Source of the DNA: Eledone cirrhosa
Lineage: Eukaryota
Direction of reading: 5' to 3'
Assembly: GCA_964016885.1 (NCBI GenBank)
Contig: OZ024741.1
Location: forward strand, 74,586,001 to 74,650,000
DNA length: 64,000 nt
Below the pieces are notes generated by a model, which saw nothing but the letters and a program-made list of their open reading frames with translations, was not told where the DNA came from and did no database searches. The position numbers and the translations under genes were made by a program. Positions within the stretch are counted from its first letter, which is position 1. Each line of letters begins with the position of its first letter. Positions 13,555 to 24,690 of this stretch are shown here, in pieces.

Positions 13555-14213
13555 TGATAGAAAATTAGAAACTATGGTAGGGAGACGTTTACGAGTGAGA
13601 CTTTCTTGACTTCCATCACACTCACACAAAGAACCCCACCTTACCGCCGTGGACAAATAACTGGCCTAAAAGCACCTGCTTTAGCCACACATTCAGTGTC
13701 CATTCTAAATGCCATTACTACCACCCTTAATGATGATTGTGGTTGTTATCCCTGATGCTATTACACTTTTCTATTACTAAAACAAACCTCTTTAAGTTTT
13801 GTCTTCTCTGTTATCCTTTCTGTCCATATTACATTTATCCATTAATTAATTTTTACTTCTAATTTTTTTCCTTTATTTTTATTTCTATTATCATTACCAC
13901 TATCATCATCATCATTATTATTCATCTTTTACCCTTTACCAGTACATTTCCTTATTTTCTATTTTTTATTTCTCATTTTATTGTTTTTGTTGTTCTTTTC
14001 ACCTTTTTACCTTTTATATTTTTTACTTTTATTACCTTATATATTATTTTACTTTTCAACTTTCTTTACCTTATATAATTTTTCCTTCACCCTTTAAATG
14101 TAAACCTACTGTTACTCCCTCCTCCACCCCCTAACAACCCATTAATAAGTGTATATAAAAGGATCCTGGGACCTCTGTCAAGAGTTTAGATGTGTCTTTG
14201 CACATATAAACTC

Positions 14214-14302
14214 GCATATCTGATGAGCTGTCGAAAAAGAGTCGGTCCCTGTCATTTTGATTGTACCTTGAGCTGATTGATATTAAAACAATTGTAATAT
14301 GC
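14214..14302 (+). ncRNA. Type I hammerhead-like motif with extended stem II (probably decayed)
   Basis: Stem I GCAUAU/AUAUGC, CUGAUGA, ~58-nt stem II domain (UGUCGA/UUGAUA base), AAAA in place of GAAA, palindromic ACAAUUGU stem III, GUA site, then AATAAA. Confidence 0.6.
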
Positions 14303-14606
14303 CAATAAAGTTTCTACATATGCTGCAACATTGATTTCACTTCTTCTTAACCTATTTACACTGTGTACTACAGCCACCTTAACTCTGGAATACAACCCAA
14401 ATAAGATGGACCACATAACAGCATTGAGTGCTTCGAATAGCATGCAGCCTATAACTGTATTTACCCACCTAACTATCATGTATCTATATATATATATGTA
14501 TATAAACACACACACAAATATATATAAATATATATACGTATACATATATAATTAGTGACAGGCATATCTACATATATATATGTATTTAATTATAGGTAAG
14601 CATAGC

Positions 14607-14659
<53 letters not shown>

Positions 14660-14736
14660 AGAGAGAGAAAGAGAGACAGATATATATATATAATAGCAGA
14701 AACATTGCCTTCTGATATGTTTTCTGCTAATATATA

Positions 14737-14985
14737 TGTTACCAGCTAAATGAGAAACCCATAATTATATAAAATACACAGGCATTATTCAGAATGCCTA
14801 AAACCTCATGTAAGGCATATAATATAATCTGTACACATTTCCTATGCATTTTGTAAATTATCTCATCAATGTATATAATCTCAGAATAAAATGTGTATTT
14901 AATAGCTTGCCTTGAAGTTTTAGGCATTCTGTAGAATGCCTGTGTATTCTATACAATATCCGAGTTTCACATGATGCTGGTAACA
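14737..14985. mobile_element. Foldback MITE with ~80-bp imperfect terminal inverted repeats
   Basis: TGTTACCAGC...AATACACAGGCATT..CAGAATGCCTAAAAC is mirrored by GTTTTAGGCATTCTG..AATGCCTGTGTATT...GCTGGTAACA. Confidence 0.75.
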
Positions 14986-15883
14986 TGTATAATATAAAGG
15001 TAATTTTGTGTATGTGTTTTTAAATGTATATATAATATATATTTGTGTGCATGTGTGTATATTCCAATGTAAGCATTGTGTATATTTCATATGTTTTAAA
15101 TCAGCATGTTATGAGAGGGAGGTAAGGAAACAAAAATAAATGCTATTTTATCTTCGTTGATGTAGTTGAACATTAGGACCTCAAGTGTATATTAATTAGT
15201 CTGTCTGTATGTGTTTGAAGGCATGTTTGAATATGTGTGTGTCTGGACATGTCTCTGCATGTGTGAATATGTCTGGACATGTGTCTGTATGTCTCTGTTT
15301 TGGAATATATGCCTGTGTGAGTTTGTGCATGTATGTGTTAAAAATAGTCTTGGAAGTTTGAAAAAAATTGTTCAAGTGTTAGCAAAAGCTAAGAGATTCT
15401 TTTCAAAGAAAACTTATATGAGAAGAGAAATCGATGAAACATTTTACTGGCTAGCAGTAGAAATCAATAATTTATTCATTAAGTATGAGGAAGATATTTT
15501 TTTTAAAACTTATATGTATATATATATATACATATCACTCTCTCTATTTATATACACACATGCACGCATGCATGCTATCATCATAATTTAACCCGCATTA
15601 GTCCAAGTTAGAATGGACTGGATGCATGTATAAGTGTATATATATATCGTAGGCTTCCTTCACACACGAATGAGCATGGTTTTGCACCTAGAATGTTCCC
15701 CGCTGAGGCACAAGCCTGGGCAAAGTGTGTTTGTGGAAGACCAGTAGTTGCACATGCAGGGTAGTCTCCCCTCTCCATGCACCCGATGTTGTCCAAGGTA
15801 AAGGCAATGGCTGATAGAACTTGGCACCAGTGACGTTGCAACTTATTTCTACAGCTGAGTGAACTTGAGCAATGTGAAATAAT

Positions 15884-16068
15884 TGTTTCTACTTTAGGCA
15901 CAAGGCCAGCAATTACCCAGTGCATTACTGGTACTTTATTTTATCGACCCCGTAAGGATGAAAGGCAAAGTCAACCTCGGCGGGATTTGAACTCAGATCG
16001 TAAAGGGACGTAAGTATGCTGGAAAGCATGGCGTCCGACCCTCTACTGATACAGCCAATCCACTGCCC
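15884..16068 (-). mobile_element. SINE S1 inserted into an older SINE, with 18-bp TSD
   Basis: TGAGCAATGTGAAATAAT at 15866-15883 and 16069-16086. The host repeat spans ~15650-16170. Confidence 0.93.
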
Positions 16069-16420
16069 TGAGCAATGTGAAATAATGCTCAAGAACAAGA
16101 TGCACCAGGATTTGAACTCACAAACTCATTGTTGTAAACCCAGCACTCTAACCACTAAGTCATATGGCTTCATATATATATATATATATATATATCCCAG
16201 TCCACACTGTAAAGTGGCCATTTTGGTGCCACGACAAAAAGTGCCCAGTGAACACTATAAATGTGGTTGGCATTAGTAAGGCCATCCAGACATAGAAACC
16301 AAGTCAGAAATGGTTCTATATGAGCAAGACAGTCATCTGATCTGATTAGTGTCACAGTGGGACAACTTGTCTAATACACACTCGTGTGGAAAATGGATAT
16401 TAAACAGTGATGATGATAAT

Positions 16421-17160
16421 TCATCATCATCATCATCATCACCGTTTTACGTCCGTTCTTCCACGCTAGCATGGGTTAGACGGGTTGTCCTGTTGTGGGC
16501 AGTGTCTGGTCGGCTGACCATGCCTTGCTCATACAGGAACTGATCTGGCTTGATTTCTACAGCTGGATGCCCTTCCTAACACCAACCTCATTTACAGTGA
16601 GTGCTGGGTGCTTTTTCGTGGCGCCTACACGTCCACTTTACAGTGTGGGCTGGGTGCTTTTTTGCCGTGGCACCTCCACGACCACCTTGCGGTGGGGGGG
16701 GGGGCATATTGTTTATATGCTTCAGCATGTACCCATGGGAGGTCGGGTACCCTGTATTACTGCGTGACGCCAGAAGTCACGGTCGTGTGTCATTGACTTT
16801 GAGAGGTGTAGTTGGGTAAGGTCGGCTTTTATCACCTCATCCCAAGTCATCTTGGGTCTCCCCACTCCGCGGTTTCCATCAACTTCTAGTGCTCTGCACC
16901 TTTTTATGCAGCTGTCATCCTTCATACGCATCACATGTCCATACCAGCGTAACCGCCTCTCCTGCACGCAGCATTTGATTCCTCTTATGCTCAGTCTCTC
17001 TCTCAATTCATTTATGCTTTGTCGTTCACGTATATTACTGTTACACATCCATCGGAGCATGCAGGCTTCGTTTCTCTCTAATCTACGTAGGTCTTCCACC
17101 TTCAGCGCCCAGGTCTCACTACCATGCAACATCGCTGTTCGGATACACGCATCATACAGT
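16421..17160 (-). mobile_element. RTE subfamily A 3' fragment
   Basis: ORF 16722-17132 MLHGSETW...RRLRWYGHVMRMKDDSC; 3' UTR closely matches 5848-6190 and 47501-47852. Confidence 0.93.
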
Positions 17161-17558
17161 CCATTATTATCATACAGTCCAATTATGAAGATATATAAAT
17201 TGTTACATACATATTTATATATGTATGCATATTTATAAATACAGCAAACATAACAGCAAGGGAGTGATTTAGTGCCTGCAGGTTAAGTGGTTGCTCCTGT
17301 TCTGTTGATTGTCATGGGATATAAAAATAATAGATTGAGGTACTCTATCAAAGGTCTTTTCTAGATCAATGAAAGCTAGGTATAGTGGCTTATTTCTGAC
17401 TAGGAACTTTTCTTGTAGTTGCCTCCCTAAAAAGAGGGCATCTGTAGTACTTTTCTCAGGCATGAAATCAAACTGCATCTCATCTAATTTGACTCTTTCT
17501 CTAATTAATTGTGCTATAACTCTTTCCATCACTTTCATCTCTTGGTCCATTAGTTTTA

Positions 17559-18227
17559 CTAGCAAAAAACCACCCTCGGATGGTTTTCTGCTAGCATGTG
17601 TAGTGTGCATATTGATATTATATATACGCAGGTATATACATCAAATAAAATTGTAATTGACAATATATAATACATAGAAATTGAACGAAGGCTGTGTTAC
17701 AGTCTTATTTAATCAGTAACGTAATCCATGATACATTAAAAAAGACGATATTATATATAAACTGCATTAGGAGAAAATTAGTGACAGAAAATTAGTATAT
17801 TTATTTAAGCGATGGCCAACCGGAAGTGTTGACATTTCAGAATTTTAAAGAAGTGAATCTTTAAATAAACAAAATATATTTAATCAACAGCCATGAAATT
17901 TAGTAGATAAATTATGTAATATTCATTCATTATTTATTCAAAGTAAGGGCGGTGGATTGGCAGTATCGGTAGAGGGTCGGCCGCCATGCTTTCCAGCATA
18001 GTTACGTCCCTTTACGATCTGAGTTCAAATCTCGCTGAGGTTGACTTTGCCTTTCATCCTTACGGGGTCGATAAAATAAAGTACCAGTAATGCTCTGGGT
18101 AATTGCTGGCCTTGTGCCTAAAGTAGAAACAATTATTTATTCAAAGTAATGCAACTTATTTTACTAATGGGAAAAAAAATGACAAACCGTACACAGTCCT
18201 GCACTCCTTACTTTATTATAGTTTAGA
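17559..18227 (-). mobile_element. Non-autonomous Helitron
   Basis: Minus strand begins TCTAAACTATAATAAAG and ends with hairpin AAAACCATCCGAGGGTGGTTTT then CTAG. It sits between A and T of the host RTE coding sequence with no TSD. Confidence 0.85.
17947..18131 (+). mobile_element. SINE S1, full length with 18-bp TSD
   Basis: A-box-like GGATTGGCAG..CGG, B-box GAGTTCAAATC; TSD ATTATTTATTCAAAGTAA at 17929-17946 and 18132-18149. Confidence 0.93.
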
Positions 18228-18972
18228 TTCCTCTATAGTTGCTCCTTTCTAGGGCATCACCTTTGTCTTTGTAGCAATTTATGATGATTACATTGCTGTA
18301 CCTGTCATTAGGTATGAGTCCATACTGTACTATCTGATTGACTATGTGGGTTACTAGTCCCCCTCCCCCCACCCAATGCTTTTAGTATCCCAGTAACTAT
18401 GTTTGATGATCCCACAGTTTTATCATTTTTCCTCTCTTTGATTGCTTCTTTGATCCCATAACTGTCAACTTCAATGGCTGGTCTTTCAGGTGAATAGGTT
18501 GGAGGTAATTTCTCTTCTTCCCATTTATTCTGTACATTCATCAGTCTCTCGTAATAAAATTTCTAAGCCTCTTTCTTTTGAGCATCAGTGGTGCTAAATG
18601 CTCTGGTATCATTTCTAACACACTTTTCCCCAACACTTGCAATGCAGAACACTTCCCGTCTCTGATCCTTACATCTTAGGTCATTCCTATCCAGTAAAGC
18701 TTGTATATATACGTTACTTCATTGTTTATAAAATTGGCAATTCAGAACTGATTAAAATCTAAACCAGTTCTGAATGGACAATGATATTGGTTTGATTTGT
18801 TTTAATTTGATTTAACTCAATTTGTTTTAAATTTATGTATTCTGAAATTCTTATTAACTGAGGTTATTTTATAGGATATCCCCCTTTGATCCATGCATGA
18901 CATAAAAATAATATCCCTGATTATAAAATATATATACAGTTGCACACTTATCTCCCTTTAACTACATATTAA

Positions 18973-19070
18973 TTGTTTCTACTTTAGGCACAAGGCCAGC
19001 AAATACCCAGTGCATTACTGGTACTTTATTTTATCGACCCTGTAAGGATGAAAGGCAAAGTCAACCTCAG
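18973..19070 (-). mobile_element. 5'-truncated SINE S1
   Basis: 3' half of S1; TTAACTACAT..TAAT flanks both sides. Confidence 0.85.
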
Positions 19071-19930
19071 CTTAACTACATGTTAATATTCACCAAAATA
19101 AAGTGATGTCAACATTACCCTGAAGAAGAGGATTCCGGAGGCTGAGTGTGTAAATATGTGGGGGTACGCACGCGTGTGTGGTGTTTATACGTATTGTGGA
19201 TGTAGGTGGTGTGTGGGAAAAAAAATGTTTGTGAGTGTATGTCCGTGGGTAAGTTCCTAAGGTAGTTCCGTAGAGGGTGTGGTGGGATGCCGGATATTTT
19301 CCTGGTGATGGAGTTGATTCGTGGGAGCGATGTCCAATGTGTGTAATCCATTGTTGGGTTGGTCGGAAGAGAGGAGATGTGGGGTGCGCGCGCAACAGGA
19401 AGTGGTCAGAAGGTCAAGGCAGGAGGAGGGTTGTGTGTCTGTGTGTGCGGAGAGGTGGTCAGAGGGTCAGGGCATAGCAGCAGTAGGGGAGAATGGCAGG
19501 TGGAGAAAGTCGGTGTGTCAGTGTGTGCGGAGGTGCGGTGGACAGGGGAGAGGACGGGTAGGTGTGAAAGGTGGAGTGGGGAGGGGGTCTGGCGGGGTGT
19601 GTGTATTAGTAGGGTGTTAGTGGGATGTGTGTGTGGAAGGGGTGTGGGTGGAGCGGGGAGAGGGAGAGAAAGGTGTGGGGTACGGTGGAGGGAGTGTAGT
19701 GTACTGGTGTGTGTGTGTGCGTGTTTGGATGAGTGTGTGTGTGGTGAAGGGGGTGTTAGTGGGTATATATATATATATATATTAGAAAGTGAGGTTTTTT
19801 TTTTTTTTTTTTTACAAAATGAAAAATAACCGAGGTGTCCTACACGAGTGAAAGTATAAAGAAAATAAGATGAAATCGAAAATGCAACTGGAGTCTTATT
19901 TAAAATAATATATATATATTTATTTGGTTC

Positions 19931-19966
19931 CTTTACCGGTTTCGCTGTTCTTCTGCTTTTCAAAAG
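19931..19966 (-). ncRNA. Minimal hammerhead, U3:A8 variant (inverted copy, one stem II mismatch)
   Basis: CUU-UUGAAAA-GCAG-AAGAA-CAGC-GAAA-CCGG-UA-AAG on the minus strand. Confidence 0.6.
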
Positions 19967-20146
19967 TAGAGTTGAGATGGAGGGTCTGTGGTTTTTTTCA
20001 CATCTGTGTGTGTGAGTGAGAGAGCATGTGTGTGTGTGTGCATGTGTCTGCAATGAAACAAGCTGAAACCACAGAGCTCTCATTCACAGACGCAAGCACA
20101 CACACACAAATGTGAGAAAAACCACAGACCCTCCATCTCAACTCTA

Positions 20147-20182
20147 CTTTTGAAAAGCAGAAGAACTGCGAAACCGGTAAAG
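20147..20182 (+). ncRNA. Minimal type I hammerhead ribozyme, U3:A8 core variant
   Basis: CUU-UUGAAAA-GCAG-AAGAA-CUGC-GAAA-CCGG-UA-AAG: perfect 4-bp stem II, palindromic ACCGGU stem III, GUA site, AATAAA just downstream. Confidence 0.75.
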
Positions 20183-20246
20183 GAATCAAATAAATATATA
20201 TATTTTTTAAAAAATAAGACTCCAGTTGCATTTTCGATTTCATCTT

Positions 20247-20313
<67 letters not shown>

Positions 20314-21322
20314 TGTGTGTGTGAGTAAGAGAGCATGTGTGTGTGTGTGTGCGTGCATGTGTCTGCAATGAAACAAGCTGAAACCACAGGGATCTCATTC
20401 ACAGACGCACACAAATATATATATTCAGTTGCATCTAAGTGTGACAGCCTCTCGAGCTTTTTTACACGATAAACGTACCCAGTATATGCTGTAAAGTAAT
20501 TGGTGATAGGAAGGGCAGCCAACCATAGAAAGCTTGCCAAACAATGGATAAGAGGACCCTTCAGTCATGTCAAACTTGTGCCTAGAAGTGTATCTATCTA
20601 CCTACTCAACTACCCTTCGCGAATCTGTTTACTTTTACTGTCTTGAGGGGTATTATCCCCAGTTTTATTCTACATATATTATAGTTAATATGAATTGGTT
20701 GCAAAAAACAAAAACTTCCTCTTAAAATATATTTATATACACACACAGACATATATATATATATGTATGCTTACACACTTACACAATATATACATGTAAA
20801 CTGAATAGAAATATTATTTGAAGGAAATCACATATTTCAAAGCAAGTAGCATCATCATTGTCATGAAACAAACATAAATGTATATATTTGTGTTGTTATT
20901 GTTGAGATTATCTGGGTCTAGTAGCATAATAATAACAGTATTCCGTGTTGAAAATAATATACACATACAAAACAACAACAACAAACAAACATGTTTGACA
21001 AAACAAATACACACCATCATTAGACATTAATCTGATTCTCCTAAAGAATATAGAACAAAAGACAGAAAGTGCAGTTAATGAGAAATAGATATTAATAGAC
21101 AATACATATATTAATGGAACAAAGCTAGTTATGTTTTACAAATATAAACTTATATCTGTTGTTGTATGGATCAATAAACAACAGTAGTAGAAAAACAGAA
21201 AAAACATTTAGTTGTTTTTTTGTTTATTATAATATTTTCTCTTAATTTTTATTTTGTTTGTTTGTGTTCCAGCTAATTACTTTATTTGATTAGAATATTT
21301 CTGCCTTTTAGTCTATTTTCAG

Positions 21323-21389
21323 AAAAAAAAATCTGACAACTTGGTGTGAGGCCCTGAAAGAAGACAGACAAACCAACAGAAAAGATGAA
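21323..21389 (+). CDS. Candidate internal exon of an unidentified host gene
   Basis: Pyrimidine-rich TTTTCAG acceptor and GAA|GTAAGT donor; one open frame (x)KKNLTTWCEALKEDRQTNRKDE in non-repeat sequence. Confidence 0.45.
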
Positions 21390-22089
21390 GTAAGTGTGGC
21401 TGAAGAGGAGACAGAGAGAGCAATAGCTATCAATAAGGTCATGGGTTGTAAAGAAAGGACTTTGACAATTAATGAATTAGCTGATTAATCAACTAGTTAA
21501 TGGATATTACTTGATGAATAATTGAATAATTGTTTCTAACATAGGCATTAGATCAGTAATTTACAGGTATTTTATTTTATCAACCCTAGAAGGATAAAAA
21601 AAAGCAAAGCTGATCTTGGCAGGATTTGATCTCAGAATATAAAGAGTTATAATTAATTACTACAAAGCATTTTATCTAATGTTCTAATGGTTCCACCAAT
21701 CCACTACTCTAGTTACATGATTAATAATAAAACTGAAGTAAAATTCAATCAGTCTGTGTTGGTGTTGGTGTGATTGACAGCATGACCTGATCAAAATAAT
21801 TAAAATATACTTAAGTCTATAAAATAGAAATCTACTTCAAAGTGGAAGGCTTCAGGCTTTCTTAGGGTTTCCTTTTCTCCAGCTTCCTTCCATTTGGAAA
21901 TTCAGGCACATTTTAACTCAACGATCATATATACGCCAGACATACCCATCTCTCATGCACACTACATTTGATGATTATTGTTTATAAATATGAGATTACA
22001 CACCCAAATAAGCATGCTGGATTCACTTCTTTCTAGCCTTTGCATATTTTCTACTTTTAATACCCATGTCCCACTACCATGTAGCACTG

Positions 22090-22129
<40 letters not shown>

Positions 22130-22136
<7 letters not shown>

Positions 22137-22838
22137 GAATATAAAATGAAAGTGCTTGTTTAAAAAAAAAGGAATTTATTAGGTATTGACATATGTTTCT
22201 GTAACAGACGGAATACCTATGTATCGCTGCTTGCGTAATCATATAATGTTAGCAAGTATTCGATAGCAAATGTATAATCAGTTGTCACTTCTTCAGAGAT
22301 TTTGGATAAATTGGAAAAAATCAGAAAAATTGAAGTATTTATATTAGTTGTAATAGAGCAAGAAGAGAGGGGATAGTATATGACAGATGGTAATTCAATT
22401 TACTGCTAAACAAGTATATAAAAGGTTTCAAATGACCAGCCCTGTCCATTGTTCAATTGGTCAAGTATAGATTAAAATAGGCACTCCCAAAAATTCTTAT
22501 TTAGATAAAATAAACCATTTACTCATTGTATTCTCATTAGAAACCCTTTATATACTTGTTTAGCAGTAAATTGAATTACCATCTGTCATATACTATCCCC
22601 TCTCTTCTTGCTCTATTACAACTAATATAAATACTTCAATTTTTCTGATTTTTTCCAATTTATCCAAAATCTCTGAAGAAGTGACAACTGATTATACATT
22701 TGCTATCGAATACTTGCTAACATTATATGATTATGCAAGCAGCGATACATAGGTATTCCTATTGTTACAGAAACATATGTCAATACCTAATAAATTCCTT
22801 TTTTTTAAAAAAAGCACTTTCATTTTATATTCATCTTT
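22130..22838. repeat. Long inverted repeat (~305-bp arms, ~97-bp spacer)
   Basis: 22130-22436 is the reverse complement of 22534-22838 with few mismatches; the left end abuts (TA)n. Confidence 0.95.
22673..22781 (+). ncRNA. Hammerhead-like motif with ~90-nt stem II (mirror copy at ~22184-22298, minus strand)
   Basis: CUGAAGA-A-GUGACAA...UUGUUAC-A-GAAA-CAUAUG-UC then AATAAA. Stem III is the palindrome ACAUAUGU; no convincing stem I. Confidence 0.45.
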
Positions 22839-22959
22839 TCTACATTTTCTCCGGAATATAATTTATACTTGTTGAGCAAACCTACACGTACGCTGTTCAT
22901 CTCTAACGTAACGATATATTATCACTACATTATTGATAACCTGAAATTTTATATATCGT

Positions 22960-23567
22960 TCAATTGACCTTTTTCTCAAAGAGAGAATGCCTTTGTTGTC
23001 AACAGAAGTAGTAGCTCCTTGGACTTTTTTCTATCCAGTCCTTTTCTAGTTACTACACTTTTAGAGCAACATCCTCTGCTGTGTATTAGATCACCTATGT
23101 AAGAGAAACTACCAACTACTTCCATAAAACTTTCTCTGAATTGGAAAAAAGGTTACTTTACTGGTGTTCATGCCACTTACTATCCCTGTGCATCTGTTAC
23201 ATACAAAGTCTTCCTGCAGTGTCAGCTTGTGAATCAATATTATAATAACAACAGTTTTTGTCCATCTGGCACACACGGACACTAGAATTTGAGAAAATCC
23301 TTCTAATATTTATAATTAGATATCATGAAATACAATTAAAAGTAAGATAAAAAGAAAAATATCTGTATAGGGAGGTGCTAAAAATAGTTTCATTCATATC
23401 AGAAGCAGTGTTCTCTGCCAATGGTGATGTTTCTTTCTTTGTGTATGTGCTTATATATATATATATCTCAATAAGGTTGGTGACAAATGAGTGATATACA
23501 CACATCACAACAAGTTGCTAAGCATGTGTTTTAAGCGTAAACACACATACATATATATGTGTGTGCC

Positions 23568-23605
<38 letters not shown>

Positions 23606-24140
23606 ATCATCATCATCATTTTATGTCCACTTTTCCCTGTTTGCAAGGGTTGGACAGGTCCTATTCAGCACACCATCTCTCTACTTGTTACGGTCTTTTG
23701 TCATCTCCTTGCTGAGTTTCAGCAATCTGAGGTCTGCTCTCACCACCTCCACCCACTGTTTTTTTTCTTACTACAGAAAATACTCTAATAATAACAGAGC
23801 ATATAAGCCCCTAGAATGACAAAAGTTACTAATTCAATTCAATTTCACATACACACACACATACAGATATATATATTTTTATATATATGCTGATGATCTA
23901 GTTCTCATAGCTGAGTCCATGTAAAAGTTAGAAGCAAAATTTCAAGCATGGAAGAAGAACCTAGAGCTGAAAGGCTTAAAAGTAAATTTAATGAAGGCGA
24001 AAGTCTTAATACGTTGGAAAGAAGATAGGAAAGTGATATGATCAGGAAAGTGGCATGCTCAATATGTCAGAAAAGGGTAGGTAGAAATTCCATAAGGTGC
24101 ACACAATGTAAAGTATGGATGCACCAGAGATGTAGTGGCA
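22960..24140. pseudogene. Several decayed RTE fragments
   Basis: Minus-strand fragments at ~22960-23250 and ~23605-23760; plus-strand YADDLVLIAES...GRNSIRCTQCKVW at ~23885-24140. Confidence 0.75.
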
Positions 24141-24184
24141 TTGCAGTTATTCTCAACTTCACTATTTTAAACCCCCCCCCCCAC

Positions 24185-24690
24185 TGAAGCGGTTGGCAAT
24201 AGGAAGGGCTTCCAACCATGGAGAGCTTGCCAAGCAATCAAACAAAGGGTCGGGAAGACCCTTCAGTCATGTCATGGACATGACAGCCTCCCAATGTTGG
24301 AGATCTACATGATAAACACATCTAGTACACGCTCTAAAGTGGTTGGTGATAGGAAGAGCATCCAAGTAGAAAACTTGCCAGACAAAGGGCATGACAACCT
24401 CCATAGTGTTGGTGATTTACAGGATAAATGCAACCAGTACACACTGTAAAGTGGTTGGTGATAGGAAAGGCATCCAGCCACAGAAAGCTTGCTAAAAAAA
24501 AGGATTAGGAGAATCCACAGTGTGTCAAAGGCAACCTCTCCTGAGCACTTGACGGAATGTGCGACCATACATAATTCCACAGGTCCCTGGCTTGCCTGGG
24601 AAATCAGTTGCTCCACTTCAGTATGGACTTGGTCTATATGGACCTGTCCAACCCTTGCTAGCAGGGAAAGTGGGTGTGAAAATGATGATG
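24185..24690 (+). repeat. Short element with three tandem TGGTGATAGGAAGGGCATCC-like modules and an RTE-type tail
   Basis: Module at ~24192, ~24340 and ~24452; ends in ACCTGTCCAACCCTTGC...ATGATGATG; related to 20440-20570. Confidence 0.65.

Larger units (their letters stand above)
17335..18690 (-). pseudogene. RTE RT fragment interrupted by a Helitron
   Basis: KLMDQ..QFDF..AFIDLEKTFDRVP (17335-17558) joins SNYRG and ERPAIEVD (18228-18690) once 17559-18227 is removed. Confidence 0.85.
19862..20410. mobile_element. Hammerhead-bearing unit in A-B-A(inverted)-B arrangement (Penelope pLTR-like)
   Basis: 19862-20005 is the reverse complement of ~20108-20245; ~20010-20095 repeats directly at ~20320-20410. 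Confidence 0.65.

Noticed and set aside
17947-18035. tRNA gene
   Set aside because: A/B-box-like motifs are present but there is no cloverleaf; it is the head of a multi-copy SINE with TSDs.
19406-20540. 225-aa and 180-aa minus-strand ORFs
   Set aside because: They cross microsatellites and low-complexity G/C-skewed sequence, so they are compositional artefacts.
23891-23897. CTGATGA hammerhead-core matches here and at ~26168 and ~51628
   Set aside because: The first two encode YADD of RT and FSDE of transposase; none has supporting stems.
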